From contig NW_024055479.1 in the NCBI RefSeq assembly GCF_902713615.1, positions 186,001-250,000 on the forward strand: a stretch of 64,000 nucleotides of DNA, written 5' to 3'. Origin of the DNA: Scyliorhinus canicula. Its lineage: Eukaryota. Position numbers and translations under genes: made by a program. This document shows, one piece after another, positions 35,225-48,000 of this stretch (position 1 is its first letter; each line of letters begins with the position of its first letter). The notes under the pieces are model-generated. The model saw only the letters and a program-made list of their open reading frames with translations. It was not told the DNA's origin and did no database searches.

Positions 35225-35985
35225 TTTCCGACAAGTGGAAACATCTTCTCCATGTCCACTCTACCCAGGCCTCGCAGTATCCTGTAAGTTTTAATAAGAT
35301 ACCCCCATATCCTTCTAAACTCCAATGAGTACAGACCCAGAGTCCTCAACCATTCTTCATTTGACAAGCTCTTCATTCCAGGAATCATTCCTGTGACCTC
35401 CTCTGGACCCTTTCCAAGGCCAACACAGCCTTCCTTAGATATGGGGCCCAAAACTGCACTTAATACTCCAAATGGGTCTCATCAGAGCCTTATATAGCCT
35501 CAGAAGTACATCCCTGGTCTTGTATTCTCACCTACTCAACCTGAATACATTGCATTTGCCTTCCTAACTGCCGACTGAACCTGCACGTTAACCTTTAAAA
35601 AAAAATTTAGAGTACCCAATTCATTTTTTCCAATTAAGGGGAATTTTAACGTGGCCAATCCACCTACTCTGCACATCTTTGAGTTGTGGGGGCGAAACCT
35701 ACGCAAACACAGGGAGAGTGTACAAACTCCACACGGACAGTGACGCAGAGCCGGGATCGAACCTGGGACCGTCGGCGCCGTGAGGCTGCAGTGCACCTGC
35801 ACGTGAACCTGAAGAGAATCTTGAACAAGGTCTCCCAAGTCCCTTTGTGCTTGTGATTTCCTCAGCATTTTCCCATTTAGAGAATAGTCTATGCCTCCAT
35901 TTCTCCTTCCAAAGTGCATAACCTCACACTTTTCCATATTGTATTCCATCTGCCACTTCTTTGCCCACTCTCCTAGCCTTGCTCA
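35225..35985 (-). mobile_element. CR1 LINE 3' fragment with inserted V-SINE (35595-35800)
   Basis: MEYNMEKCEVMHFGRRN...QRDLGDLVQDSL and LGLYSLEFRR motifs. Confidence 0.8.
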
Positions 35986-36689
35986 GCATTGCTTCTTTTT
36001 CTAATCACTTTAAATGAATGCCCTTTGTTTATAATCTTGCCCTAAATATGACTTGCTAGATCAAACGTCCATTGCAGATCCTTCGTTTTAATGTGGTCAA
36101 GTGCCTTTCCATTTGAGAACTGTTCAATAAAGTTATTAGAATTATTTGTAGCTAGGGCAGCACGTGGAGCAGTGGTTAGGAGTGGGAAATGGGACTACGG
36201 CGCTGAGAACCTGGTTCACTGTCCGTGTAGAGTTTGCACATTCTCCACGTGTCTGCATGGGTTTCACCCCCACAACCCAAAGATGTGCAGGTTAGGTGGA
36301 TTGGCCAGGCTAAATTGCCCCTGAATTGGAAAAAAAAGAATTGGGTACTCTGAATTTATTTTTTTTTTAAAAAAAGGATTATTTGTAGCTTCCCCACCAA
36401 TCAATTTTTTCCATTATCCTGAAGTGACCTTATTTTTTATCGGGAGTTAACTGAAGTGTGTTCCTAACCTCTCATTATCTAAATTTCCATTCACCACTTT
36501 TCAGTCCACCTGACCCAGTCCATGGCTTTCTCCCTCATTGTCTAAAACACATCAGCAACTTTTGTATAATCCTGGTGCATACATTTCAGTCTAAATCACT
36601 GATATATACCGGAAACTGTGGAGCCCCACTGGAAACAGACATCCAGGCATCATTCAGTCCTGGATGTGACTAACAGCGGCAACAGCAGC

Positions 36690-38124
36690 TGAATCCAAAC
36701 CCTGCTGTTGTCTGTGAACTTGCTGATGTCTGTGCAGGTTGTTTGACTGAGTGAATCTCCTCCCACGCACAGAGCAGTTAAACATCCTCTCCCCAGTACC
36801 GCTCCCATATGTAGGCCACACGGTAGCACAGTGGTTAGCACAGTTGCTTCAAAGCTCCAGGGTCCCAGAATTCCCGGTTTGGCTTACAGTCTGTGTGGAG
36901 TTTGCACGTTCTCCCATTGTCTGCGTGGGTTTCCTCCGGGTGCTGCAGTTTCCTCCCACAAGTCGAAAAATGTGCAGATTAGATGGATTGGCCATGCTAA
37001 ATTGCCCTGAGTATCCAAAAAGGTTAGGTGGGGTTATGGGTTAGGTTGGAGGTATGGGCTTAAGTAAGGTGCTCTTTGCAAGGGCCGGCGCACTCGATGG
37101 GCTGAATGCCCTCCTTCTGCACTGTAAATTCTATGATTCTGTTTCAGTGTAAACTCGCCGGTGTTTCAGCAGATGCTGTTCACTTTTAAAACTTTTTTCA
37201 GTCAGAACATTTGAAAGGTTTCTGATCAATGTGAACAAGTTGGTGTGTCATCAGGCGGGATGACTGAATAATTTTCTTGTCACACATGGGGCAAGAGTAA
37301 GGCCTCTGCCCAGTGTGAACTCGCTGGTGTTCCAGGAGGTGGGATGACCGAGTGAATCCCTTCCCACACACGGAGCAGGTGAACGGCCTCTCCCCAGTGT
37401 GAGTACGTTGATGTGTCAGTAAATCATTTCTGCGTTTAAAGCTTTTTTCACAGTCAGCACATTTAAAAGGTCTCTGATCAGTATGGACAAGTTGGTGTCT
37501 CAGGAGGTCTGATGACTGAGTGAAGTGAATCCCATCCCACACACGGAGCAGGTGAATGGCCTCTCCCCAGTGTGAGTGCGTTGGTGTCTCAGTAAATCCT
37601 GTTTACTTTTAAAACTCTTCTCACAATCAGCACATTTAAAAGGTCTCTGATCAGAATGAACAAGCTGGTGTCTCAGGAGGAATGATGACTGAGTGAATCC
37701 CTTCCCACACACGGAGCAGGTGAGTGGCTTCTCTCCAGTGTGTTGGCGTTGATGCGCCCATAAATCCTTTCTGCGTTTAAAGCTCTTTTCACAGTCAGCA
37801 CATTTAAACGGTCTCTGGTCGGAGTGAACCTGATGGTGATCCCGGAGGTTTGACGAAGCATTAAATCCCTTCCCACATTCCAAAGAGGTGAATGGCCTCT
37901 CCCCAGTGTGAGTGCATTGATGTAACAGTAAACTATTTCTGCTTTAAAAGCTTTTTCCACAGTCAGCACATTTAAACGGTCTCTGATCAGTATGAACAAG
38001 TTGGTGTATCAGGGGGTGGGATGACAGAGTGAATCCCTTCCCACACACGGAGCAGGTGAATGGCCTCTCCCCAGTGTGAATACGTTGATGTGTCAGCAAA
38101 TCCTTTCTGCGTTTAAAGCTCTTT
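36690..38124 (-). pseudogene. C2H2 zinc-finger gene C with alternating two-finger repeat; frameshifted, split by an HE1 SINE and cut at 38124 by CR1
   Basis: Alternating [25 protein letters not shown] and (T/S)[15 protein letters not shown]...DLL.HQRTH units in ORFs 37198-37542, 37500-37883 and neighbours. Confidence 0.85.
36814..37140 (+). mobile_element. HE1/V-SINE, full length, inserted antisense in ZNF gene C
   Basis: CACGGTAGCACAGTGGTTAGC head, V core, tail CTGCACTGTAAATTCTATGATTCT. Confidence 0.85.
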
Positions 38125-40410
38125 CGGATGGAGCGATCACAATATGGTGGAATTTAAAATACAGCTGGAGGGTGAGAAAGTAAAATCAAATACTAGTGTT
38201 TTGTGTTTAAACAAAGGAGATTACAAGGGGATGAGAGAAGAACTAGCTAAGGTAGACTGGGAGCTAAGACTTTATGGTGGAACAGTTGAGGAACAGTGGA
38301 GAACCTTCCAAGCAATTTTTCACAGTGCTCAGCAAAGGTTTATACCAACAAAAAGGAAGGACGGAAGAAAGAGGGAAAATCGACCGTGGATATCTAAGGA
38401 AATAAGGGAGAGTATCAAATTGAAGGAAAAAGCATATAAAGTGGCAAAGATTGCTGGGAGATTAGAGGACTGGGAAATCTTTAGGGGGCAACAGAAAGCT
38501 ACTAAAAATGCTATAAAGAAGAGTATGAGAGTAAACTTGCTCAGAATATAAAAACAGACAGTAAACGTTTTTACAAATGTATAAGACAAAAAAGAGTGGC
38601 TAAGGTAAATATTGGTCCTTTAGAGGATGAGAAGGGAGTTTCAATAATGGGAAATGAGGAAATGGCTGAGGAACTGAACAGGTTTTTTGGGTCGGTCTTC
38701 ACAGTGGAAGACACAAATAACATGCCAGCGACTGATAGAAATGAGGCTATGAAAGGTAAGGACCTTGAGAGGATTGTTATCACAAAGAAGGGAGTGATGG
38801 GCAAGCTAATGGGGCTAAAGGTAGACAAGTCTCCTGGCCCTGATGGAATGCATCCCAGAGTGCTAAAAGAGATGGCTAGGGAAATTGCAGATGCACTAGT
38901 GATAATGTACCTAAATTCACTAGACTCTGGGGTGGTCCCGGTGGATTGGAAATTAGCAAACGTAACGCCACTGTTTAAAAAAGGAGGTAGGCAGAAAGCA
39001 GGAAATTATAGACCAGTGAGCTTAACTTCGGTAGTAGGGAAGATGCTGGAATCTATCATCAAGGAAGAAATTGCGAGGCATCTGGATAGAAATTGTCCCA
39101 TTGGGCAGACGCAGCATGGGTTCATAAAGGGCAGGTCATGCCTAACTAATTAAGTGGAATTTTTTGAGGACATTACCAGTGCATTAGATAACGGGGAGCC
39201 GATGGATGTGGTATATCTGGCTTTCCAGAAAGCCTTTGACAAGGTGCCACACAAAAGGTTGCTGCATAAGATAAAGATGCATGGCATTACGGGTAAAGTA
39301 GTAGGATGGATAGAGGATTGGTTAATTAATAGAAAGCAAAGGGTGGGGATTAATGGGTGTTTCTCTGGTTGGCAATCAGTAGCTAGTTGTGTCCCTCAGG
39401 GATCCGTGTTGGGCCCACAATTGTTCACAATTTACATAGATGATTTGGAGTTGGGGACCAAGGGCAATGTGTCCAAGTTTGCAGATGACACTAAGATGAG
39501 TGGTAAAGCGAAAAGTGCAGAGGATACTGGAAGTCTGCAGAGGGATTTGGATAGGTTAAGTGAATGGGCTAGGGTCTGGCAGATGGAATACAATGTTGAC
39601 AAATGTGAGGTTATCCATTTTGGTAGGAATAACAGCAAACAGGATTATTATTTAAACGATAAAATATTAAAGCATGCCGCTGTTCAGAGAGACTTGGGTG
39701 TGCTAGTGCATGAGTCACAGAAGGTTGGTTTACAAGTGCAACAGGTGATTAAGAAGGCAAATGGAATTTTGTCCTTCATTGCTAGAGGGATGGTGTTTAA
39801 GACTAGGGAGTTTATGTTGCAATTGTATAAGGTGTTAGTGCGGCCACACCTGGAGTATTGTGTTCAGTTTTGGTCTCCTTACTTGAGAAAGGACGTACTG
39901 GCGCTGGAGGGTGTGCAGAGGATATTCACTAGGTTAATCCCAGAGCTGAAGGGGTTGGATTATGAGGAGAGGTTGAGTAGACTGGGACTGTACTCGTTGG
40001 AATTTAGAAGGATGAGGGGGGATCTTATAGAAACATTTAAAATTATGAAGGGAATAGCTAGGATAGATGCGGGCAGGTTGTTTCCACTGGCGGGTGACAG
40101 CAGAACTAGGGGACATAGCCTCAAAATAAGGGGAAGTAGATTTAGGACTGAGTTTAGGAGGGACTTCTTCAACCAAAGGGTTGTGAATCTATGGAATTCC
40201 TTGCCCAGTGAAGCAGTTGAGGCTCCTTCATTACATGTTTTTAAGGTAAAGATAGATAGTTTTTTGAAGAATAAAGGGATTAAGGGTTATGGTGTTCGGG
40301 CCGGAAAGTGGAGCTGAGTCCACAAAAGATCAGCCACGATCTAATTGAATGGCGGACCAGGCTAGAGGGGCCAGATGGCCTACTCCTGCTCCTAGTTCTT
40401 ATGTTCTTAT
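38125..40410 (+). mobile_element. CR1-clade LINE (HER1-like), 5'-truncated, largely intact ORF2 and 3' UTR
   Basis: ORFs 38596-39153 and 39154-40317 are contiguous in frame (one TAA); DKSPGPDG, NYRPVSLTSVVGK, QGSVLGP, FADD motifs; tail (TTCTTATG)n. Confidence 0.92.
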
Positions 40411-41059
40411 GTTCTTATGTAAAAAGGAGATTACATTGAAATACTGTGAATATATAAGACACAAACAGGCCATTCTGTCACAGATTCTGCTGCTGTCAAT
40501 ACTCGGCACACATCTCCGACTGTCACACCGATCAAATCTCAGCCTTTCAGCTGATTTCAATTCCAATTTCTCTCACGTCCTTGCCCCGTTTCCTTTTGAA
40601 AACATCTCAGCACTTTCCTCGCTGGCTTTGAAAGCAGACCAAGGCAAGCCAGCAACACAGTTCAATTCCCGTACCAGCCTCCCCGGACAGGCGCCGGAAT
40701 GTGGCGACTGGGGGCTTTTCACAGTAACTTCACTGAGACCTACTGGTGACAATAAGCGACTTTCATTTCATTTTCAACTCCTTTCCATGGTAATGAGTTG
40801 CACATTCTGAACCAGTCATAAATAATTTTGTCTGTATTGTTCCCTTGGATTTATTCATAACTATCTTGTATTTATGACTTGTTTATTGAAATGAAATGAA
40901 AATCTCTTATTGTCACACATGGGCTTCAAATGAAGTTACTGTGAAGAGCCCGTAGTTGCCACATTCTGGCGCCTGTTCGGGAAGGCTGGTACAGGAATTG
41001 AACCGTTCTGCTGGCCTACGTTGGTCATCTTTGAAAGCCAGCGATTTAGCCCAGTGTGC

Positions 41060-41620
41060 TAAACCGTGTTCACTCTCTCACATCACCCCCCGCTCCATTT
41101 AATCTTTCCTGAGAGCTGTAATCTCTCATGTTACAAAAGTCATCACTGTCAATGCAGGATAGAATTCGCAAAGAGACAAACCTTTCCGTTGGGTTCAGTT
41201 TGTTGTGTGCAAATTCTCCAATTCTAACACCCTGTAAAAGGAGTTTACAAAAGCCATCACTGTCAGTCCAGGATAGAAATTCTGAACAGGCAATTCTAGT
41301 TTCTCTGGAACATTTTTTCCTCTCTTGTTCCCCCAAAGCTGTAAATCCCCGTCCCACACACTCTCCCTCCTCCCTGGGCTGAAATGCAAACACATCTCAC
41401 TATCTGCACCATTTCTTTCCTCCACTCCCAGTTTTCTCCCTCCCTCTCCTCTGCTTGGGTTCAGTTCTCCAGCTCTTGTCTGCAGACTGACAATAAAATC
41501 AATGGGTCTTATTGGGGGTTTGGGGCCTCCAGCGGGTGTTTCTGAATCCTCCCCACCCACCTGCCAGGGTTTCTTTCCTTGCCAGAGATCAGAGTCCTCA
41601 CTGATTTGAGTGCAAAGTGT
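41060..41620 (-). other. Probable upstream exons/acceptor region of ZNF gene C
   Basis: Duplicated CAGTGATG(A/G)CTTTTGTAA motif with TTTTACAG acceptor near 41232, homologous to 15400-15440; 41530-41590 homologous to 16350-16400. Confidence 0.4.
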
Positions 41621-41673
41621 CAGCTCTTATTTATTGTCCCCCTCCCTTATCGTCTGATGTGAACCACCCTCCA

Positions 41674-42055
41674 CAGTAAGAAGTCTTACAACACCAGGTT
41701 AAAGTCCAACAGGTTTGATTCAAACACGAGCTTTCGGAGCGCAGCTCCTTCCTCAGGTGAATGGCGAGGTATGTTCCAGGAACATTTATATAGACAAAGT
41801 CAGAGATGCTGGACAATGTTTGGAATGCAGGCATTTGCAGGTAATCAAATCATTGCAGATCCAGGGAGAGGGATAATCACAGGTTAAAGAGGTGTAAATT
41901 GTCTCAAGCCCGAACAGTTGGTAGGGTTTTGCAAGTCCAGGCCTGATGGTGGGTGGTGGATGTAATGCGACATGAATCCAAGATCCCTGTTGTGGAAGTT
42001 GTCGGTGTTGAGGACTGAGCCTGTTGCAGCAATGCCGTCGTCATGGGGGATGCTG
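41674..42055 (-). mobile_element. Inverted Penelope 3' module (RT fragment fused to GIY-YIG end, 3' UTR and pLTR)
   Basis: Minus ORF SIPHDDGIAATGSVLNTDN|FHNRDLGFMSHYIHH; the first part duplicates 43337-43393; followed by the pLTR. Confidence 0.85.
41725..41759 (-). ncRNA. Minimal hammerhead ribozyme motif in Penelope pLTR
   Basis: Minus strand CAC-CUGAGGA-A-GGAGC(UGC)GCUCC-GAA-AGCU-C-GUG. Confidence 0.6.
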
Positions 42056-44386
42056 CCAGGAGGATTGCACATATAGACACTGGCATTAAGTTTCTACAAA
42101 GATGCAAAAAAGCAGACAAGATCCCGAAAGGGCTACAGATCACAAACCCACTCAAGTCGACCGACAACACAGACGACGCTGAAAGACTCTGCCGCCGCAC
42201 CTCTGTCACACGCCTCAAACACCTCGTACACCAGCTCTACAGCAGTCGACGCAACCTGGAAACCAAGATAGAGGCCATATTCTCAAATTGCGCTCAGGAC
42301 ACAGCAGACCAGCTGCGTAACACCGCCAAACAGGTGGGACAATGATACTGTGCCACCTATATGCACACCAAGAACAGGAAGCTTGAGAAACTCGGCATCA
42401 CCACCAGCAGCAACCAAGCCTCCCCCAGTACCACAGTTGAAAACAATACAGGGAAATCTATTGTCAACTTGTCAGACTACACCCTTCAACCAGATGAAAT
42501 CAAAGTCCTCAGCAGAGGGCTCAATTTCAGCACCACCACCAAAATGGACCCCATCAATCTCGCGGCAGACACGGAGGAATTCATCAGGCGAATGAGGCTC
42601 CGGGAATTCTTCCACAGACCCCAAGAGGCCGACAGCGAACCCAAGGAGACGACCAATGAACCGGAACAGCAGACAGCGAGATCTATGGTGCAGCAAACAA
42701 AAAGGAAAGAGTCGAATTGGACCCCTCTGGAAGGCCGCTGCCCTAGACTCAACATGTATGCTCAAGCCGTCAGAACTCGTGTCAATGCCAGATTCACCAG
42801 TCGCATTCACAAGGCAGCCCCGAACGTCACCAAAGTACAACCCAACGCCATCCGCGGTCTCAAAACCAACTGCAACATCGTCATCAAACCAGCAGACTAA
42901 GGACGGGCCACCGTCATACTGAATAGAACGGACTACTGCAAAGAAGTATACTGACAACTCAACAACCAGGAACATTACAGACAGTTACCCGCAGATCCAA
43001 CCAAGGAACACATCCGCCAATTCAACAGACTGATCAGGACCTTGGATCCAGACCTTCAGAGCACCCTACGTGCTCTCATCCCACGTAATCCCCGCATTGG
43101 AGATCTCTACTGCCTCCCGAAAATACACAAGGCCAACACACCATCCTATGGTTTCAGGCAATGGGACCCTGTGTGAGAACCTCTCTGGCCACATCGAGGG
43201 CATCTTGAAACCCATCGTACAAGGTACACCCAGCTTCTGTCGCGACACGATGGACTTCCTACAGAAACTCAGCACCCATGGACCAGTTGAACCAGGAACA
43301 TTCCTTGTCACAATGGATGTCTCGGCACTCGACACCAGCATCCCCCATGACGACGGCATTGCTGCAACAGCCTCAGTCCTCAACACTGACAACTGCCAAT
43401 CTCCAGACCCAATTCTGCAACTCATCCGCTTCATTCTAGATCACAACGTCTTCACCTTCGACAACAAATTCTTCACCCAGATGCATGGAACAGCCATGGG
43501 GACCAAATTTGTACCTCAATATGCCAACATTTTCATGCACAAGTTTGAACAAGACTTCCTCACCACACAGGACCTGCAACCGATGTTATCCAAAAGATAC
43601 ATTGATTACATTTTTTTCCTTTGGACCCACAGCGAAGAATCACTGAAACGACTACACAATGAGATCAATAAATTCCATCCCACCATCAGACTCACCATGG
43701 ACTATTCTCCAAATTCTGTTGCATTCTTGGACACACTCATCTCCATCAAGGACGGTCATCTTAGCACTTCGCTTTACCGCAAGCCCACAGACAACCTCAC
43801 GATGCTCCACTTCTCCAGCTTTCACCCGAAACACATTAAAGAAGCCATCCGCTATGGACAAGCCCTCCGTATACACAGGATCTGCTCAGACGAGGAGGAG
43901 CGTAACAGACACCTACAGATGCTCAAAGATGCTCTCGTACGAACGGGATATGGCGCTCGACTCATCGATCGACAGTTCCAACACGCCACAACAAAACACC
44001 GCACCGACCTCCTCAGAAGACAAACACGGGACACCACTGACAGAGTACCCTTCGTCGTCCAGTACTTTCCTGGGGCGGAGAAACTACGACATCTTCTTCA
44101 CAGCCTTCAACACATCATCAATGAAGATGAACATCTTGCCAAGGTCATCCCCACACCCCCACTACTGGCCTTCAAACAACCGCAACCTCAAACAAACCAA
44201 TGATTTGCAGCAAATTACCCAGCCTTCAGAACAGCAACTACGACACCACACAACCCTGCCAGGGCAATCTCTGCAAGACATGCCAGATCATCGACTTGGA
44301 TACCACCATTACATGTGGTAACACCACCCACCAGGTACGTGGCACATACTCGTGCGACTCAACCAATGTAGTCTACCTCTTACGCA
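42056..44386 (+). mobile_element. Penelope-like retroelement ORF (N-terminal domain, RT, start of GIY-YIG), decayed
   Basis: IVIKPAD*GR, LPKIHK, VTMDVSAL.TSIPHDDG, HGTAMGTKF.PQYANIFM, RY.DYIF, FLD, LYRKPTD, YGQALRIHRICS, CKTC and SCDSTNVVYL; stops and frameshifts. Confidence 0.9.
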
Positions 44387-44439
44387 TTAGAAGCAATACT
44401 GCTTCAGTATTTGAGAAATCGAATATGGTGCAGAACATT

Positions 44440-45010
44440 GGGTAATCATCAATGAACATCCCCATTTCTGACCTTATGATGAAGGGTGAAGCTAGGGCCG
44501 GGGGCACTGTGCTGGGACACTATACGTGACAGGATGATCCTTGACATTTTTCATGAAGTTGCTGATGATCGAATGCGGACTGATAGGTCAATAATTGGCC
44601 GGGTTGGATTTTTCCTGCCTTATGTGGACGGGTCATGTTTGGCAATGTTACACATTGTTGGGTACGTGTCAGTGCTATAGCTGCACTGGAGCAACTTGTC
44701 TGGGGCGCAGCCAGTTCCAGGCCACACATCTTCAGTATTGCTGCTAGAATGTTGCCAGGGATAATGCATTAGCAGCGCCGTCAGCCGTTTCTTGATATCG
44801 TGTGGAGTGAATCAAATTTGCCGAAGACTGACATCCATGATGATGCAGACCACCGGAGGAGGCCCAGATGGATCATCCTCTCGGCACCTCTGGCAGAAAC
44901 TTTCAGTCTTGTTTTTTGCATTGACGTGCTGGGCTCCCGCATCATTGAAGAGGGGAATTTTATTGAGGCTCCTATTCTGGCCTTTTGTTTCTTTATTCAT
45001 TACTATTCAG
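44440..45010 (-). mobile_element. CR1/L2-group non-LTR RT fragment (ancient)
   Basis: Frameshifted remains of CAPELAAP...KSNPANY.PISL.SIIS; related fragments at about 47600-48215 (-) and 55750-56210 (+, QDITA...QG.ILGPTIFS.FINDL). Confidence 0.55.
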
Positions 45011-48000
45011 GACTGGATGAGGCAAAACTGCAGAGACAGATCCTGTATATTGAAAATAGGATCACAGTGATTGTGTGATATAAACATTGACAAGTACTGG
45101 TGCAGTATTAATTGAAACAGAGTGTCGTGTATAAAAACTAAGAGAGTGTCTAGCCTAACAAAAATACAGATGGAGTCCAATTTAAAATTAGCAGAGGCAG
45201 CAGTAATTATTGAGGCAATGTCTGCTTCATGTGATGCAAGGCATCTCGATTTAAATTCCATCTGCTGGCCAAACTTTGCAATTGCAGTTACTGTGAAAAT
45301 GTCCCTGTCAGGTATAATCCATGATGTTGATGTATCCAAAATCCATTTCCACAAATGTAATATCACATCGCCTTCTACGGGAGGTGCCAAAATTTAAGGT
45401 GTAACTAATTGCAGGTGTCGCTGGCTGATTCTCCCACATTGAGATCAGCACCAGAGCAAAGCGGCTCAATTCCTGGTCACGCGTTTTTGTTCATCTTTGT
45501 TAAATAGAGGAATGTTTACCTGGGCGCTGTATGGAGTCCATGGGAAATGTAAGATTCATCTAACAAGCATAGGGTTGGGCAGATTTTATTCATTCATTAT
45601 ACCACCAGGAAGATGGTTGGGGCCATTGTGTCCGGAGCTTCCCAGGAAGTTAACATGGGATTTTAATTTTAAAGGGGAAATGTGGGTGTGCGTGTAAGAC
45701 AGAGAGAGTGCGTCTGTGAGAGACTGTGTGTGTGGCTGTGTTTGTGTGAAAGACACGTTGCGTACAACTAAATTTCACAAAGGCCACGGCATCCTTCTAT
45801 TTCCAATAGATACACCGCAAATATTTCCACAAATGTAGCACATGAAGCTCCCAGTTGTCGTTCTGGGTTGCCATTTTCTCGGTTTGCGTCCATTTCAAAG
45901 CTGCTAAATCCACTGGTTCTGGTGGCCCACACCAGCCCACCGGACGTGTCGCCATTTTTTCAGTTTGCAGCCGGTGACACCCGATTGTGATGATCAATGT
46001 TTAGCTTTCGGGACATTATATCACACTTGGAAAAATGTTTGAAGGGGGATATCGGCCTTCCGCTGGGTGCGTGGCTCCTGCTACTTCGCAAAGTGGAAAT
46101 TCCTTGGTCGTGTGACTATGTCCCATTTAGGGACCAGACTGGAAATGTGCAAACCATCTCCTTTTAATTGTCTTGAAGAGAATTGCAAACTCTGTCTTTG
46201 AGAAAACTGCCGCATTTCTGATTGTGGCCGGCCAGTAAATATCCATAATGCATTGCGGACAACAAAGATGAAATTGGCTGAGTTATTTTTCTTGACAGGT
46301 GCAGGTGTTCCCTGTTTCACAGCCATACAAGAAGGTTCTGGGCGTTCAGGCCTTATAAACCATCTGCGTGTTTCAAAGGATCAGTTTGATGTTATTCCAT
46401 GAGCATTCAACGAGTAAAACAAAGGTCATATCTGCTTTCTCCATGACAGCATCACATTCTACATCAAGGCAGTCTCTCACCATGGAATCTCGAGAGCAGA
46501 ATCTGCTCACCGGGTCTTATTTAGTGTGACCATGGCGAGAGTGCAACACCTTGTCCCACTGCCACGGTTTTCCTCATGCGTATGGTAAGGAAGAACAAGT
46601 TACCAGGCACCGAGGACAGAGTCCATGAGTCTCTGAAGATGATGTTTTGTTTGGATGATCCAACTTTGAGCGGAGAGGAATTCTCTGATGAGGATGTATT
46701 GTGATTATGTCTCCGTTTTGATAACTGAAAGGTTGCCGAGGTTGCAGCCTGACCGAGTGTGCAAGTGGAGTCATCCATATCTTCAGGGAAGGCGAAGATC
46801 AGCAGCATGGAGAGGAAGCTGCCGAATAGAGTTGGGTGTGGTACGCGGTCCTCTTTCATTCAATTATTCACTTAGAATCGTTCTGAAGTGGAATCATCAA
46901 TCGGTACAGTGCAGTGCATTTTGCCGTGGAAGGAGTGAATGCGAGAGGGGAGCTTAGGCAGACAGACAATTTTCCCCAAATCATATAGTCCCCACTCCGC
47001 TGACAGTGTCGAATTTTTTTTGAGATTGACGAACGTAAGGTGAAGAGGTAGGCATGTGGTATAGGGAGCAGATTATGTCCAGAGTAAATCTTGCGACGCA
47101 AACACAGCCCCTTTCTTCCAGCAAAAATTCAGCCTGCAAGCAGGTGAAGTGTTTAAACTGTGACCATTGGAAAGGCCTTCCCAGTGCTGCTATGAGTGAG
47201 ATATGCCAATAGTTGCTGCAGTCTCCTCTGTCCACTTTGTTTTCAGATATTGGTTATGATTTTGCATCATGAATCTCCTGTGGGATGGATTATGTCTTCC
47301 AGCAGAGAAGGCATAGGTCATAACTGATCAGAAACATAGCAATTATATTCACCAATTGTCATTCATTTATGAATATAAATAATCAGATTCACAAATTGCC
47401 ACCGTTCCACAAAGTACAGTTTTAAATTAAGTTGTACGGTGTGGCCGCCGAGGGCTAGGCCATGATTTATTGTCCATCGCTAATTGCCTTTCACAAAGAG
47501 GCGGTGAACTGCCTGTTTCAACCTCTGCAGTCACTCTGGTGTAGGTACACCGACGATGCTGTTAGGGAGGAAGCTGTAGGTTTTTGAACCAGCGCATATT
47601 CGGTGATATATTTCCAAGTCAGGATAGTGAGTGATTTGGAGGTAGATCTCTTCACCTTACTTTCATCAATCTCAATAAACATTCGACATCGTCAGCAGAG
47701 CAGGGACTTTAAGATTTGGAGGGGAATTTCCAAGTGGTCATCTTCCCATGTGCCTGCTGCCTTTTCCTTCTGGGAGGTAATGGTCCTGGGTTTAGAAAGT
47801 GTTTCAAGGGAGACTTGCTGCGTTCCTGCAGCTCATCTTGTGGATGGTACATTATTGTCATTGTTAGTCGGTGGTGGATGGAATGAGTGTTTGCGCATAG
47901 GGTGGCAATCAAGCGGAGCTGCTTTGGCCTGGAAGGTGTCAGAGTATTCAATTACAGTCCTGACTCGTGCCTTGCAGATGGTGAACAGGCTTTGGGAGTC

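Noticed and set aside
46500-46960. Short ORFs at 46.5-47 kb as a possible gene or transposase
   Set aside because: No splice structure or diagnostic motif; probably an old unclassified repeat.
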